From Arenicellales bacterium (GTDB lineage: Bacteria; Pseudomonadota; Gammaproteobacteria; Arenicellales; JAJDZL01), in assembly GCA_965232345.1 (NCBI GenBank), contig OZ246969.1, positions 168 to 64,167 on the forward strand: DNA of 64,000 nucleotides, read 5' to 3'. A model generated the notes under the pieces. The model had not been told where the DNA came from and searched no databases. It worked only from the letters and a program-made list of their open reading frames with translations. A program made the translations under genes and the position numbers. Below, piece after piece: positions 47,589 to 57,399 of the stretch (positions within the stretch are counted from its first letter, which is position 1; the number at the start of each line of letters is the position of its first letter).

Positions 47589-49337
47589 TTACGCCAGCTC
47601 CCGTTCCTGAGGAAGCGGTTCTTCAGAACCCGCCTTGGGACTCAGATGCATTTCGTTATGGCCGCTTCCGGCGGCAATCATCGGGTAGACATTCTCTTCC
47701 TGGTCAGTGATGAAGTCCATGAACACCAGATCATTCTTGCGCGCCATGGTCTCGCGCAGGGCGCCTTCGACATCCGCCGGATTCTCAATCCGCACCCCGT
47801 CATGACCGAAGCTTCGCGCCAGCGCGACGAAATCCGGCAACGCATCCATATAGGAGTGCGAATACCGGCGATCATAGAAGAATTCCTGCCACTGCCGAAC
47901 CATGCCCATGTACCTGTTGTTCAGGTTGATGATCTTGATTGGAAGATCGTACTGCCTGCAGGTTGACAGCTCCTGAATGCACATGATGATGCTTGCCTCG
48001 CCGGTAACGCAGACGACATCCGAATCCGGGTAGGCAAAGCACACGCCCATCGCCGCGGGCAGCCCGAATCCCATGGTGCCCAGACCGCCAGAGTTCACCC
48101 AGCGCCGGGGCTTGTCAAACCGATAGAACTGCGCCGCCCACATCTGATGCTGTCCGACATCGGAGGTCACAAACGCTTCACCTTTGGTGATCTCATACAG
48201 CTTCTCAAGCACGAACTGAGGCTTGATCTTGTCACTGCTGCGATCATAGGCCAGGCTGTCCTTCGATCTCCATGCGTTGATCTGGTTCCACCAAGCCTTC
48301 AGCGATTCGTAATCCGGCTGCATTTCCATTTTTTCAATGGTGGCAAGCAGATCCGCCAGAACATGTTTCGCATCGCCGACAATCGGAATCTCCACGGTCA
48401 CATTCTTGCCAATCGAGGCTGGATCAATGTCAATGTGGATGATTTTCGCATAAGGCGCGAACTTCGCAAGATCACCGGTGATCCGATCATCAAATCGGGC
48501 CCCGACCGCAAGCATCACGTCGCAGTCGTGCATGGCCATGTTCGCTTCATAAGTGCCGTGCATCCCGAGCATGCCGATGAACAATGGATCATTGGCCGGA
48601 TAGCAGCCGAGACCCATCAAGGTATTGGTGCAGGGATAGTCAAGCAGACGAACAAGTTTCCGAAGCTCCTGCTCACCGCCGGCGGTGGTGACACCCCCGC
48701 CGGTATAGATGATCGGCCGCTTCGCCGAAAGCAGCAGCTTCGCAGCCTTCTTGATCTGTCCCGCGTGCCCTCGAATCGTCGGATTGTAGGAGCGCATCGA
48801 GACCGACTCCGGATAGAAGTACTCAGTGGTCGCCGCGGTCACATCTTTCGGAATATCGATCACCACCGGACCCGGTTTGCCGCTGTTGGCGATGTAAAAC
48901 GCTTTTTTCACAGTGATTGCCAGTTCGCTGACATCTCTGACGAGAAAATTGTGTTTCACGCACGGTCTCGACACTCCAAGCGCATCCACTTCCTGAAACG
49001 CATCATCGCCAATCAGGTGCGAGGGAACCTGGCCTGAGATAACGACCATAGGAATCGCATCCATATAGGCCGTGGCAATGCCCGTAATGGTATTGGTTAC
49101 ACCGGGACCTGAAGTTACGAGTACAACGCCGGGCAGACCGGTTACCCGCGCATAACCGTCGGCAGCGTGTGAAGCACCCTGTTCATGTCGCACAAGAATG
49201 TGCTGGACATCATCTTGTTTATACAGGGCATCATAGATGTGCAGAGCCGCACCGCCCGGATAGCCGAAGACGTACTTGACACCTTCGTCCCGCAGGCAAT
49301 GGACCAGAATATCTGCGCCTGTCAACTTCATGGTCAT
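47589..49337 (-). CDS. ilvI: Acetolactate synthase large subunit (biosynthetic type)
   Basis: 582 aa. TPP enzyme blocks GYPGGA…HEQGA…, GLGTMGFGLPAAMG and NNRYMGMVRQWQ. Confidence 0.95.
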   Translation of the reverse strand: MTMKLTGADILVHCLRDEGVKYVFGYPGGAALHIYDALYKQDDVQHILVRHEQGASHAADGYARVTGLPGVVLVTSGPGVTNTITGIATAYMDAIPMVVISGQVPSHLIGDDAFQEVDALGVSRPCVKHNFLVRDVSELAITVKKAFYIANSGKPGPVVIDIPKDVTAATTEYFYPESVSMRSYNPTIRGHAGQIKKAAKLLLSAKRPIIYTGGGVTTAGGEQELRKLVRLLDYPCTNTLMGLGCYPANDPLFIGMLGMHGTYEANMAMHDCDVMLAVGARFDDRITGDLAKFAPYAKIIHIDIDPASIGKNVTVEIPIVGDAKHVLADLLATIEKMEMQPDYESLKAWWNQINAWRSKDSLAYDRSSDKIKPQFVLEKLYEITKGEAFVTSDVGQHQMWAAQFYRFDKPRRWVNSGGLGTMGFGLPAAMGVCFAYPDSDVVCVTGEASIIMCIQELSTCRQYDLPIKIINLNNRYMGMVRQWQEFFYDRRYSHSYMDALPDFVALARSFGHDGVRIENPADVEGALRETMARKNDLVFMDFITDQEENVYPMIAAGSGHNEMHLSPKAGSEEPLPQERELA

Positions 49338-49510
49338 ATTCCTCTGATTCAGCCGAGATTGCTCCTCTCAGCCTAGTGATGTGATTGCCAAATTAAATCA
49401 ATTAAACAAATAATTATAGTTAGCGTTGCAATGCAGCAAGAATAAATCTCGAAAATTTTGGACGGTTCTGCATGAAGTTTCCAGGTCAATGGAGATGCAA
49501 TCAAATCGGT

Positions 49511-50917
49511 TCAGAGTTTGCGCCAGGTGCTGGTGCCATCGGCGCGGTCCTCGACCTCGACACCCAGGTCAGCCAGTTTCCGCCTCAGCTCATCCGCTTC
49601 CTTCCACAGCTTTTCGCGGCGCGCCGCCTCTCTTCGCAACACCAGATCTCCGATTCCATCATCATCCGCTGACTGCTCAACACCTAGGAATCTGGAAGCA
49701 TCCAGACACGCGGCACCTAAAGCATCGGTCAGATTCCGCAGGGTTCGATACAGCCGACTGATGACAGCCTCCGATTCGGCTTCCAATGCGCGATTCAGCT
49801 CCCGTACGCATTCGAAAACCACTGCCAATGCGTCGGGCGTATTGAAGTCATCGTCCATTGCCGCTCGAAACCGAGATATGTATCGCTCGTCCAACTGGCC
49901 AGACGGCTGAATGCCTGACTGCTCGGCCTTGTGAATCGCGGTATAGATTCGCTTCAGCGCGACACTCGCATTTTCCAGTGAGCTGTCGCTGTAGTTGAGC
50001 GGGCTTCGGTAGTGACTCAGCAGGAATGTGAAGCGCAGAATCTCTCCCATCCTTGCCGGGTCTGAATCCTGTGCCAGAATCTCGCGGATTGTCAGAAAAT
50101 TCTTGAGGGACTTGGACATCTTTTCTGAATCGATCTCCAAATACCCGTTGTGCATCCAGACATTGACAAAACATTCGTCGGTCGCGGCCTCAGACTGGGC
50201 GATTTCGTTCTCGTGATGCGGGAAAAGCAGATCTCTGCCGCCGCCGTGGATATCGAAGTGATTGCCCAGCAAACTGGTCGACATTGCGGAGCATTCGATG
50301 TGCCAGCCAGGCCGCCCCCTGCCCCAAGGCGAGTCCCAGCTGGGCTCACCGGGCTTCGACCCTTTCCACAGGACGAAATCCATCGGGTCATCCTTGGCAT
50401 CACCGGGCTCGATTCTCGCACCGACAACCAGATCATCCAGACACGTGCCCGACAGCTTGCCGTAGTCCTTGAATTTTCGAGTGCGGTAATAGACATCTCC
50501 ATTCGCCGCTGGATAAGCGTATCCGCGGTCAATCAGCTCGGCGATCATTTCTATGATCTGCGGAATGTATTCAGTTGCCCGGGGTTCGTGATCCGGTTTG
50601 GTCACAAACAGCGCATCCAGATCTTCGTTCATATGCCTGATGCAGCGATTCGTCAGTGCTTCGGTCGACTCACCCAGCTCGCTGGCGCGGTTGATGATCT
50701 TGTCATCGATGTCCGTGATATTGCGCACGTAGGTGACTTCATAGCCCCGGTATCGCAAGTAGCGCACAATCGCATCGAATCCAACCATCACGCGGGCATG
50801 GCCCAGATGACAATAGTCGTAGACCGTCATTCCGCACACGTAGATGCGAACGCGATTGCCGTCGATCGGCTTGAATTCCTCTTTTTGTCCAGTCAGACTG
50901 TTATGAATGTTCAACAT
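49511..50917 (-). CDS. cysS: Cysteine--tRNA ligase
   Basis: YVCGMTVYDYCHLGHAR (HIGH region) and KMSKSLKN (KMSKS). Confidence 0.95.
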   Translation of the reverse strand: MLNIHNSLTGQKEEFKPIDGNRVRIYVCGMTVYDYCHLGHARVMVGFDAIVRYLRYRGYEVTYVRNITDIDDKIINRASELGESTEALTNRCIRHMNEDLDALFVTKPDHEPRATEYIPQIIEMIAELIDRGYAYPAANGDVYYRTRKFKDYGKLSGTCLDDLVVGARIEPGDAKDDPMDFVLWKGSKPGEPSWDSPWGRGRPGWHIECSAMSTSLLGNHFDIHGGGRDLLFPHHENEIAQSEAATDECFVNVWMHNGYLEIDSEKMSKSLKNFLTIREILAQDSDPARMGEILRFTFLLSHYRSPLNYSDSSLENASVALKRIYTAIHKAEQSGIQPSGQLDERYISRFRAAMDDDFNTPDALAVVFECVRELNRALEAESEAVISRLYRTLRNLTDALGAACLDASRFLGVEQSADDDGIGDLVLRREAARREKLWKEADELRRKLADLGVEVEDRADGTSTWRKL

Positions 50918-51472
50918 GAAACTGCTGAAGAAGGAAGGCTGTGAAATGAGTTTCTACCACCCATGAAACCCGCACATTATAAAAATCGCGGTACTTACTT
51001 TTCGGGTCGAAATGCATTCCAATTCCGCTGCACTCGCTGGCAATTGCAGTCGCGAACGACGAATCTCAAGTCTTGTATTCATCTATCGACAGAAAATCAT
51101 CTTGACTGAGCGGCCTGACCGCAATCCCGTCTTTTCGTTTCCAATTTCAGCCTAGAGTGCTCAATTGGAAATCTCGGCCTGCCGATCGACTCACTCCATG
51201 ACCGCGGCTGTTTCCCACCTTCAGCCGCGACTTCTCCCAACACCATTGTGCTGGTGAACTGAACCCCGCCGGTCCGGCATTCGCCGGTGAGATGGAAAGT
51301 AGACCACTTTCGAGCAAATATCGCAGTTTTCGAGGTGTTCACCGCGGTAAACACTCAATGATTGCCAGTCGGAAAAAATATGTCAGGCTCCAGATCACAT
51401 TTATGCTTGACTTTTTTCGAACACTCAAGTACAAGGGCAGTCCGCAAAACATATTGATGCAAGGAGATCGCG

Positions 51473-52525
51473 ATGAGAGAGAATAACAAGAGTAAGATTG
51501 ACAGGCGCCATACCGGGAATATTCACATCAATTTTTTCAGGACCCGCTTCCAGGCCCGCGCTCAGATCGGCGCGCTGCTGAAGCTGGCGCTCTCGCCGGA
51601 GGAGCTCAGGCAGCTTGACCTTCGCAGCCTTCGCCTGGAGCCGGGGCGCTGGACCAAGCTGAAAGATGACCGGTTCAGCAGCCGGGAGACGGACCTTCAG
51701 GTGTCGGCCCGGCTGCGAGGCGGCGCCAAGGTGACAGTGAGCATCGTCATCGAGCACAAGAGCGACGACGACCCCGATCTGATGGCGCAGCTGCTGCGCT
51801 ACCAGGCGGGCTGCTTCGAGCGCGGCGCGCCGGCCGTGGTTCCGCTGGCCCTGTATCACGGCAGAACCAAGGGCTTCCCCAAGTGGAAGACCTTCCAGCA
51901 GTACCAGAGGAACCGGCTGCAGGTGCCGGCCGGGCTGATGGACTGCCTGTCAGAATCGATGCTCGACTTCAAGCCTCTGGTGATCGACCTGACGGATGAG
52001 GCCACCGGTCGGAGGCTGGCCATGCTGCCGCTGGCCGCGGAGCTTTCGCTCTGGATGATGAAGAATGTGTGGCGGATTGATTGGGCGATGTTCGTGGAGC
52101 TGGTGAATAAATCATTCCGCCTGCCGGCGAGGCAGCGGATGCCCTTGGTCCGCGAGTGCGCCATTTACCTGTGCGATGTGAGACGCGAGTATAAAATAGG
52201 TGACCTGATGAGATATATCAATGAACAGCTGCCGGGGGACAGTGCGATGCAGGAGTTAGCGAAGGAATGGGAGTGGGTGAAAAGGCCCGACCTGATCAGG
52301 GAAGGCGAGCAGAAGGGAATCAAGAAAGGCCGGCAAATTGGCCAAAAGGAAGGCGAGCAGAAGGGGATCAAGAAAGGCCGACAAATTGGCCAAAAGGAAG
52401 GACAGCAGCAAAAGGCTCTGGATATTGCTGAAAAACTGTTGCGCAAAGATTTGTCAGTGGAAGAGATCAGCAACATCACAGGATTGGATGCCGGGCAGAT
52501 TGACGGGCTGCGAAATCATAATTGA
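51473..52525 (+). CDS. Rpn-family recombination-promoting nuclease/putative transposase (PD-(D/E)xK, YhgA-like)
   Basis: ETDLQV…VSIVIEHKSDDDPDLMAQLLRYQ is the core. The C-terminal repeat is EGEQKGIKKGRQIGQK x2, followed by ALDIAEKLLRKDLSVEEISNITGL. Confidence 0.8.
   Translation: MRENNKSKIDRRHTGNIHINFFRTRFQARAQIGALLKLALSPEELRQLDLRSLRLEPGRWTKLKDDRFSSRETDLQVSARLRGGAKVTVSIVIEHKSDDDPDLMAQLLRYQAGCFERGAPAVVPLALYHGRTKGFPKWKTFQQYQRNRLQVPAGLMDCLSESMLDFKPLVIDLTDEATGRRLAMLPLAAELSLWMMKNVWRIDWAMFVELVNKSFRLPARQRMPLVRECAIYLCDVRREYKIGDLMRYINEQLPGDSAMQELAKEWEWVKRPDLIREGEQKGIKKGRQIGQKEGEQKGIKKGRQIGQKEGQQQKALDIAEKLLRKDLSVEEISNITGLDAGQIDGLRNHN
52301..52396 (+). repeat. 48-bp in-frame tandem repeat (2 full units plus a partial third) inside the Rpn gene
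   Basis: GAAGGCGAGCAGAAGGG(A/G)ATCAAGAAAGGCCG(G/A)CAAATTGGCCAAAAG occurs twice, encoding EGEQKGIKKGRQIGQK. Confidence 0.9.
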
Positions 52526-52831
52526 TGATTCAGGCTGACGGTGTGCTGACGATAAGCGGCCGATGTCTCGAATATTGTTTGTTCAGCATGCCGTTGGTTG
52601 CGGCCGTAGATCTCAGTTTGCTGGGGGCAATGAAACGGACTCGTTTCACCTTTTGATCGTCGCGGCGACATGCGGAACCGAGCAGGGATTTGGTGAATCA
52701 CTATGGCATGATCATACCTGCCGTCGAATACCGAAACCTTCCCCGAATTCGGTACCGGGTGCATCAATGATTCGGACCAAACGCAGTATTTTCGGGCGTT
52801 TACCATGGTAAACACTTGCATGCTGCCGGTC

Positions 52832-53263
52832 AGAAAAATGTGTCGAACTCCAGAACCAATTTATTCTTGACTTCATTCGGACATTCCAAGTGCAACGACT
52901 GCTGGCAAAAAATTGATGCACGGATTACGCCATGAAGGAAAAAAAGCAAATCTGGGAACGACAAGGGCTATGCAGGAAATAGAGGATCTGATCAGATATA
53001 ACAATGAACAACTGCCGGGAAAGAGTGCGATGCAAAAGCTAGCGAAGGAATGGGATTGGGTGAGAAGGCCCGACCTGATCAAGGAAGGCAAACAGATTGG
53101 GCTAAAGGAAGGACGGCAGATTGGGCTAAAGGAAGGACGGCAGCAAAAGGCCCTGGATATAGCTGAAAAGCTGTTGCAGAAGGGATGGCCAGCGCAGAAG
53201 ATCAGCAGCATTACAGGTTTGGATGTCGGGCAGATTGATGCGGTTCGTAATGACCGCGGATAA
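52832..53263 (+). pseudogene. Internally deleted Rpn-family paralog (upstream region, first codons and C-terminal domain retained; nuclease core missing)
   Basis: 52832-52935 resembles 51372-51475, covering the upstream region and ATG of the full-length copy. The homologous ATG (52931) opens only a 16-codon ORF. ORF 52913..53263 in another frame encodes …IRYNNEQLPGKSAMQKLAKEWDWVRRPDLIKEG…ALDIAEKLLQKG, parallel to the copy-1 C-terminus. Confidence 0.6.
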
Positions 53264-53538
53264 TTCGGGCCGATGACTTGCTGATGAACTGAATGATGTG
53301 TTCTGAACTTTGTTGGTTTTGCCTGTTATAGCTTGATGCTGGAAGATTCAAATTTTCATGGGGAATCACAGCGGTCTCATTTGAATTTGTCTTCGGCAAA
53401 GTCAACATTCGGTTTGGTTTTGTGTTCCTGCCGAGCAAGCGAATCGAAATTTCGACAATAAGTCTCCTGCAGAAGTATTGACATTGATTTGCTCATTCAA
53501 TCGCTGATGAAATCTCAATTCAGTCACACCTGAGTGAA

Positions 53539-54270
53539 ATGGCCGCATACTTTCTGTCCGACACCCACCTCTCCCCCGAGCAGCCAGCGACTTACGAAAA
53601 ATTCTGTCGCTACCTGCGCGCCATTCGCGCTGATGCGGACGAGCTGTATGTTCTTGGCGACTTGTTTGACTATTGGATCGGAGACGATGGCCTTGATCTG
53701 CTTGGACACCGCCCGGCAGCTGAAGCGCTCGCTGAACTGTCCAACGCAGGTGTGAAAATTTCAGTCATGCACGGCAATCGAGACTTCTTGATTGGCTCTG
53801 AATTCATTGAAGTCATTGGCGCCTCGCTGATCAATGACCCCACCACGATAGACATCGGCGGTGAGCCTGCACTGCTGACGCATGGCGACAGCCTGTGCAC
53901 CGATGACATCGAGCATCAGCGATACCGGAAAACCGTTCTTTCTCCTGAATGGCAGAAAGCGATACTTGAGCTGACGCTGCCCGAAAGGCTCAATCGCGCG
54001 CTTGAAATGCGCGCCACAAGTGAGAAATCCAAAACACAGAAAAGCATGGATCTGATGGATGTGAATCAGGACTCGGTGATCAAGGCCATGCAGGAATTCA
54101 ACGTAAATACTCTGATTCACGGGCATACGCACCGCCCGAATGTGCACAAATTTCACATCGACGGCTGCGAAAAGATCCGGTATGTTTTAGGAGATTGGGG
54201 GCGCGGCAACGATGCAGTGATCCGGATTGATTCCGATGGCAATATCGACCTTCACCCGGCCGCCGTCTGA
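53539..54270 (+). CDS. lpxH: UDP-2,3-diacylglucosamine diphosphatase
   Basis: YFLSDTHLS…LYVLGDLFDYWIGDD…HGNRDFL…HGHTHRP, the calcineurin-like LpxH motifs. Confidence 0.9.
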   Translation: MAAYFLSDTHLSPEQPATYEKFCRYLRAIRADADELYVLGDLFDYWIGDDGLDLLGHRPAAEALAELSNAGVKISVMHGNRDFLIGSEFIEVIGASLINDPTTIDIGGEPALLTHGDSLCTDDIEHQRYRKTVLSPEWQKAILELTLPERLNRALEMRATSEKSKTQKSMDLMDVNQDSVIKAMQEFNVNTLIHGHTHRPNVHKFHIDGCEKIRYVLGDWGRGNDAVIRIDSDGNIDLHPAAV

Positions 54271-54277
54271 CCGCAGG

Positions 54278-55804
54278 TCAATTCGAACTGACAGCTTCCG
54301 CAGTCTCATACAGCAGCGTATTCCGATCCTCTTCTCGCGCGCTGTCGCTGCGCTTTTCATTGAGTTCCGACAGGAATTTTTCCGACACTCCGCCGGTTAC
54401 ATACCGGCCATCAAAAACGGAGGTGTCAAATTCAACCACGTCGGAGTTGTTTGTCAGCACCGAAGAGATCAGATCATCCAGCCGCTGGTACAGCACATAG
54501 TCGGCGCCGATCTGCTCGCAAATCTGCTCAGCAGTGCGATTCGTCGCCACGAGTTCTTCCGGGCTTGGTATGTCGATGCCATAGACATTTGGATAGCGTA
54601 TTGGAGGAGCCGCAGATACCAGATAAACGGACTTGGCACCCGCTTCGCGAGCCCGCTTCACAATCTGTTTTGCTGTGGTGCCGCGCACGATTGAGTCATC
54701 AACCAGCAGGACATTCTTGTTCTCGAATTCCAGCTCTATGGCATTGAGTTTGTGACGCACCGAATAACGTCGCTGAGACTGGCGCGGCATGATGAATGTT
54801 CGATCGAAATAACGGTTCTTGATGAAACCCTCGCGATACTTGACACCGATGGTGTGGGCAAGCTGCAAAGCCGCCGCGCGGCTGGTGTCCGGTATCGGCA
54901 TCACCACATCGACATCATGATTTGGGAACTTTTCCAAGAAACGCCGGCCCAGCCACTCTCCCATCCTCAGCCGCGTCTTGTAGACTGAGATTCGGTCGAT
55001 CATCGAATCCGGGCGGGCCAGATAGACATACTCGAAAATGCACGGCGAGGGATTCGCATCCGTCGCACACTGCTTGGCATGCAGAGTGCCTTCCGTATCA
55101 ACGAAAATAGCCTCACCCGGCGCGACATCCCGCTCAACTTCAAAACCAAGTACATCCAGTGCGACGCTTTCTGAGGTGAATGCGAATTCCCGGCCGCCGC
55201 TTGCCGATTCGCGGGAGCCGTAAATCAGGGGTCGAATGCCGTTCTTGTCTCGAAATGCCAGGATTCCACCGCCGACAATCAGCACAGTGACGGCAAATGC
55301 GCCTTCGCATCGCTGATAGACTTTTTCCACCGCCCGAAACACATGCTCAGGTTTGAGCTTGCCAGTTGCCTGCCGCATGGTCGTCGAAAGCTCATAAGCG
55401 AACACATTCAGCATGATTTCCGAATCCGAGCTGGTGTTGATCTGGCGGCGGTCACCCTGAAAGACTTTCACCGCCAGTTCATTGGCATTGATCAGATTTC
55501 CGTTATGCGCCAATGCAATGCCAAAAGGCGAATTGACATAGAATGGCTGGCACTCCGCTTCGGTGTTGCCGCCTGCGGTGGGATATCGGACATGTCCGAT
55601 TCCCATGCCGCCTGCGAATTCGGACAGCGAGTCGGCAGAGAACACATCCCGCACCAGTCCTTTCCCAGATCGGGAGTAAACTCTCTGTCCGTCACTTGTC
55701 ACGATTCCAGCGGCATCCTGTCCGCGGTGCTGCAAAACCGTCAGCGCTTCATAAAGTTCAAGATTACAGCGATCAGCTGAAAGAATTGCAACTACGCCAC
55801 ACAT
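54278..55804 (-). CDS. purF: Amidophosphoribosyltransferase
   Basis: N-terminal MCGVV (Ntn Cys), GIGHVRYPTAG, and the PRTase motif VLLVDDSIVRGTT. Confidence 0.95.
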   Translation of the reverse strand: MCGVVAILSADRCNLELYEALTVLQHRGQDAAGIVTSDGQRVYSRSGKGLVRDVFSADSLSEFAGGMGIGHVRYPTAGGNTEAECQPFYVNSPFGIALAHNGNLINANELAVKVFQGDRRQINTSSDSEIMLNVFAYELSTTMRQATGKLKPEHVFRAVEKVYQRCEGAFAVTVLIVGGGILAFRDKNGIRPLIYGSRESASGGREFAFTSESVALDVLGFEVERDVAPGEAIFVDTEGTLHAKQCATDANPSPCIFEYVYLARPDSMIDRISVYKTRLRMGEWLGRRFLEKFPNHDVDVVMPIPDTSRAAALQLAHTIGVKYREGFIKNRYFDRTFIMPRQSQRRYSVRHKLNAIELEFENKNVLLVDDSIVRGTTAKQIVKRAREAGAKSVYLVSAAPPIRYPNVYGIDIPSPEELVATNRTAEQICEQIGADYVLYQRLDDLISSVLTNNSDVVEFDTSVFDGRYVTGGVSEKFLSELNEKRSDSAREEDRNTLLYETAEAVSSN

Positions 55805-55883
55805 TTTTCTGATTCGAGTTCGACAATGAAGATGTTAAGTTTCAACTCGTCGCTTCAGACAGCGCTTGATCGCGAACCCTCAC

Positions 55884-56381
55884 TCAACTGGTCAGAAGTT
55901 CGGGTGTGAGGTACGGAGACACAAGATCGCGCATCTGCATCACGTAAGGCTCCAGAATCGCCAGCGCCACCGAATCGCTCCACCAGGATGCATCTGACAT
56001 AAAAGCGAATGAGCTGACCAGAGCCAGCACCATCACGATCAGCACACCTCGCGCGATGCCGAATGCCGCTCCCAGAGTTCTGTCTATACCGACAATCGTT
56101 TGAACGACAATCACCCGCGAGATCAGCGCGCTGATGACCGTTGCCGCAAGCAGCAGTGCGAAAAACAGAGCTAGATTCGCCGCAATCACCTGCAGAGCCG
56201 GGTCCAGATTGAAATCTGCAAAGTGCGGTATGACAAGGTCAGCATACTGCCATGTTCCCCATGCTGCGACAATCCAGGACAAGACCGACAGCAAGGATTG
56301 AATGAATCCCCTGAAATAGCCGATCAGCAGCGATAGGAAAACTACGACGACGCAGCCGATGTCAATGACAAGTGGCGACAA
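55884..56381 (-). CDS. cvpA: CvpA family membrane protein (colicin V production protein)
   Basis: 165 aa with 4 TM segments, in the canonical position upstream of purF. Confidence 0.8.
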   Translation of the reverse strand: MSPLVIDIGCVVVVFLSLLIGYFRGFIQSLLSVLSWIVAAWGTWQYADLVIPHFADFNLDPALQVIAANLALFFALLLAATVISALISRVIVVQTIVGIDRTLGAAFGIARGVLIVMVLALVSSFAFMSDASWWSDSVALAILEPYVMQMRDLVSPYLTPELLTS

Positions 56382-56547
56382 GAATCTGAACTGATTAAGT
56401 TTTACAGAGAAGTGACAGGCGCACCGCTAACCAAACTGCGCATTCCGTCATTTTACAAACAAAAACCATCGCTTCGGCACGATAATCTGACCGCCCGCTT
56501 CAGCCGGAATTCTGATTCTGGAAAACATCTGCATCGCGCCTTGAAGA

Positions 56548-57399
56548 CTATTCTTCAATCTCGCGGATGATCACGGTACGCAGCGAAAGCGATTCGATCA
56601 CTTCCGACTGCACGCTGACCACCCCGTCGCGCGACGGATAGGGACCCACCAGGACCCGGATGAATCCAGTGCCCGAAGTGTCAAGTTTGACCGGATAGTT
56701 CCTGCTTCGGGCTTCCTCACCCAGCTGCCTGGCATTCTCGACTTTGCTGAACGCGCCGATCTGGAGATACCAGGTGCCGGCAGGAACCGGCGGTTCTGGA
56801 GCGGCTGTCTGATTCTCAGCAGTGCCGGCGGCCGATTTCGGACTTCCCACCTGCTGGATGGCAACCCGCCTCACCCCCAATTCGGCTTCAATTCTTTTCT
56901 TGATCAGAGCGGCTTCATCTTCAGTGTGAAAGGGCCCGACAAACAGATGCGTCAGCTGATCTTCGCTGACCTGAATCTGCACCGGTTTCTGCAGCCTGGA
57001 ATACTTGAGCCGCTCGACTTCAGCCTGAACATTGCTCTCATAGGAGCCGACATGCACATACCACCCCCCTTCCAGTGATACATTGGCCATCCATGATGAG
57101 GACAGGCTCGCGTTTCTGACGAACGGCTCAGGTGAAGTCTCAATGGCTGTATCTGGCTCAGTTGACGAATCACTGCTTTCAGTCTGCTCAAGTAGCGGCT
57201 GAGATGTTTCAGCGACAGCAGGCAGCGAATCGCGCTGACCGCGATCCTCAGGCATGTCCAGCACGATGAAAATTGCAACATAGCCGATCGCTCCCCATAC
57301 CAGCATGCCCGTCAGCACATGCCAGATGGCGAGTTTAGAGCTGCGGGTTTTGGCTGCCGTCTCGTTCACGCTTTCCCCGCGAATTCGCCTCGATACCAC
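56548..57399 (-). CDS. SPOR domain-containing protein (DedD-like)
   Basis: One N-terminal TM segment, a low-complexity linker and two SPOR-like repeats (GGWYVHVGSY…, GTWYLQIGAF…). It sits in the folC-dedD-cvpA position. Confidence 0.75.
   Translation of the reverse strand: MVSRRIRGESVNETAAKTRSSKLAIWHVLTGMLVWGAIGYVAIFIVLDMPEDRGQRDSLPAVAETSQPLLEQTESSDSSTEPDTAIETSPEPFVRNASLSSSWMANVSLEGGWYVHVGSYESNVQAEVERLKYSRLQKPVQIQVSEDQLTHLFVGPFHTEDEAALIKKRIEAELGVRRVAIQQVGSPKSAAGTAENQTAAPEPPVPAGTWYLQIGAFSKVENARQLGEEARSRNYPVKLDTSGTGFIRVLVGPYPSRDGVVSVQSEVIESLSLRTVIIREIEE

Noticed and set aside
49338-49510. Leader peptide or attenuator upstream of ilvIH (17-codon minus-strand ORF MQNRPKFSRFILAALQR), plus a TATAAT box at 49413-49418
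   Set aside because: The mini-ORF has no run of Val, Ile or Leu codons and no following terminator hairpin. The -10 box is perfect, but I could not pair it with a convincing -35, so no promoter feature is reported.
51240-51300. SRP (4.5S) RNA-like GGTCCGG segment
   Set aside because: The conserved SRP domain IV sequence (…GGUCCGGAAGGAAGCAGCC…) is not present beyond the heptamer, and no 4.5S-like extended hairpin can be drawn.
51425-52479. Antisense ORFs within the Rpn gene (51425..51859-, 51856..52164-, 52165..52479-)
   Set aside because: They mirror the GC-rich and repeat-containing sense gene, including a mirror image of the 48-bp repeat, and they carry no motifs.
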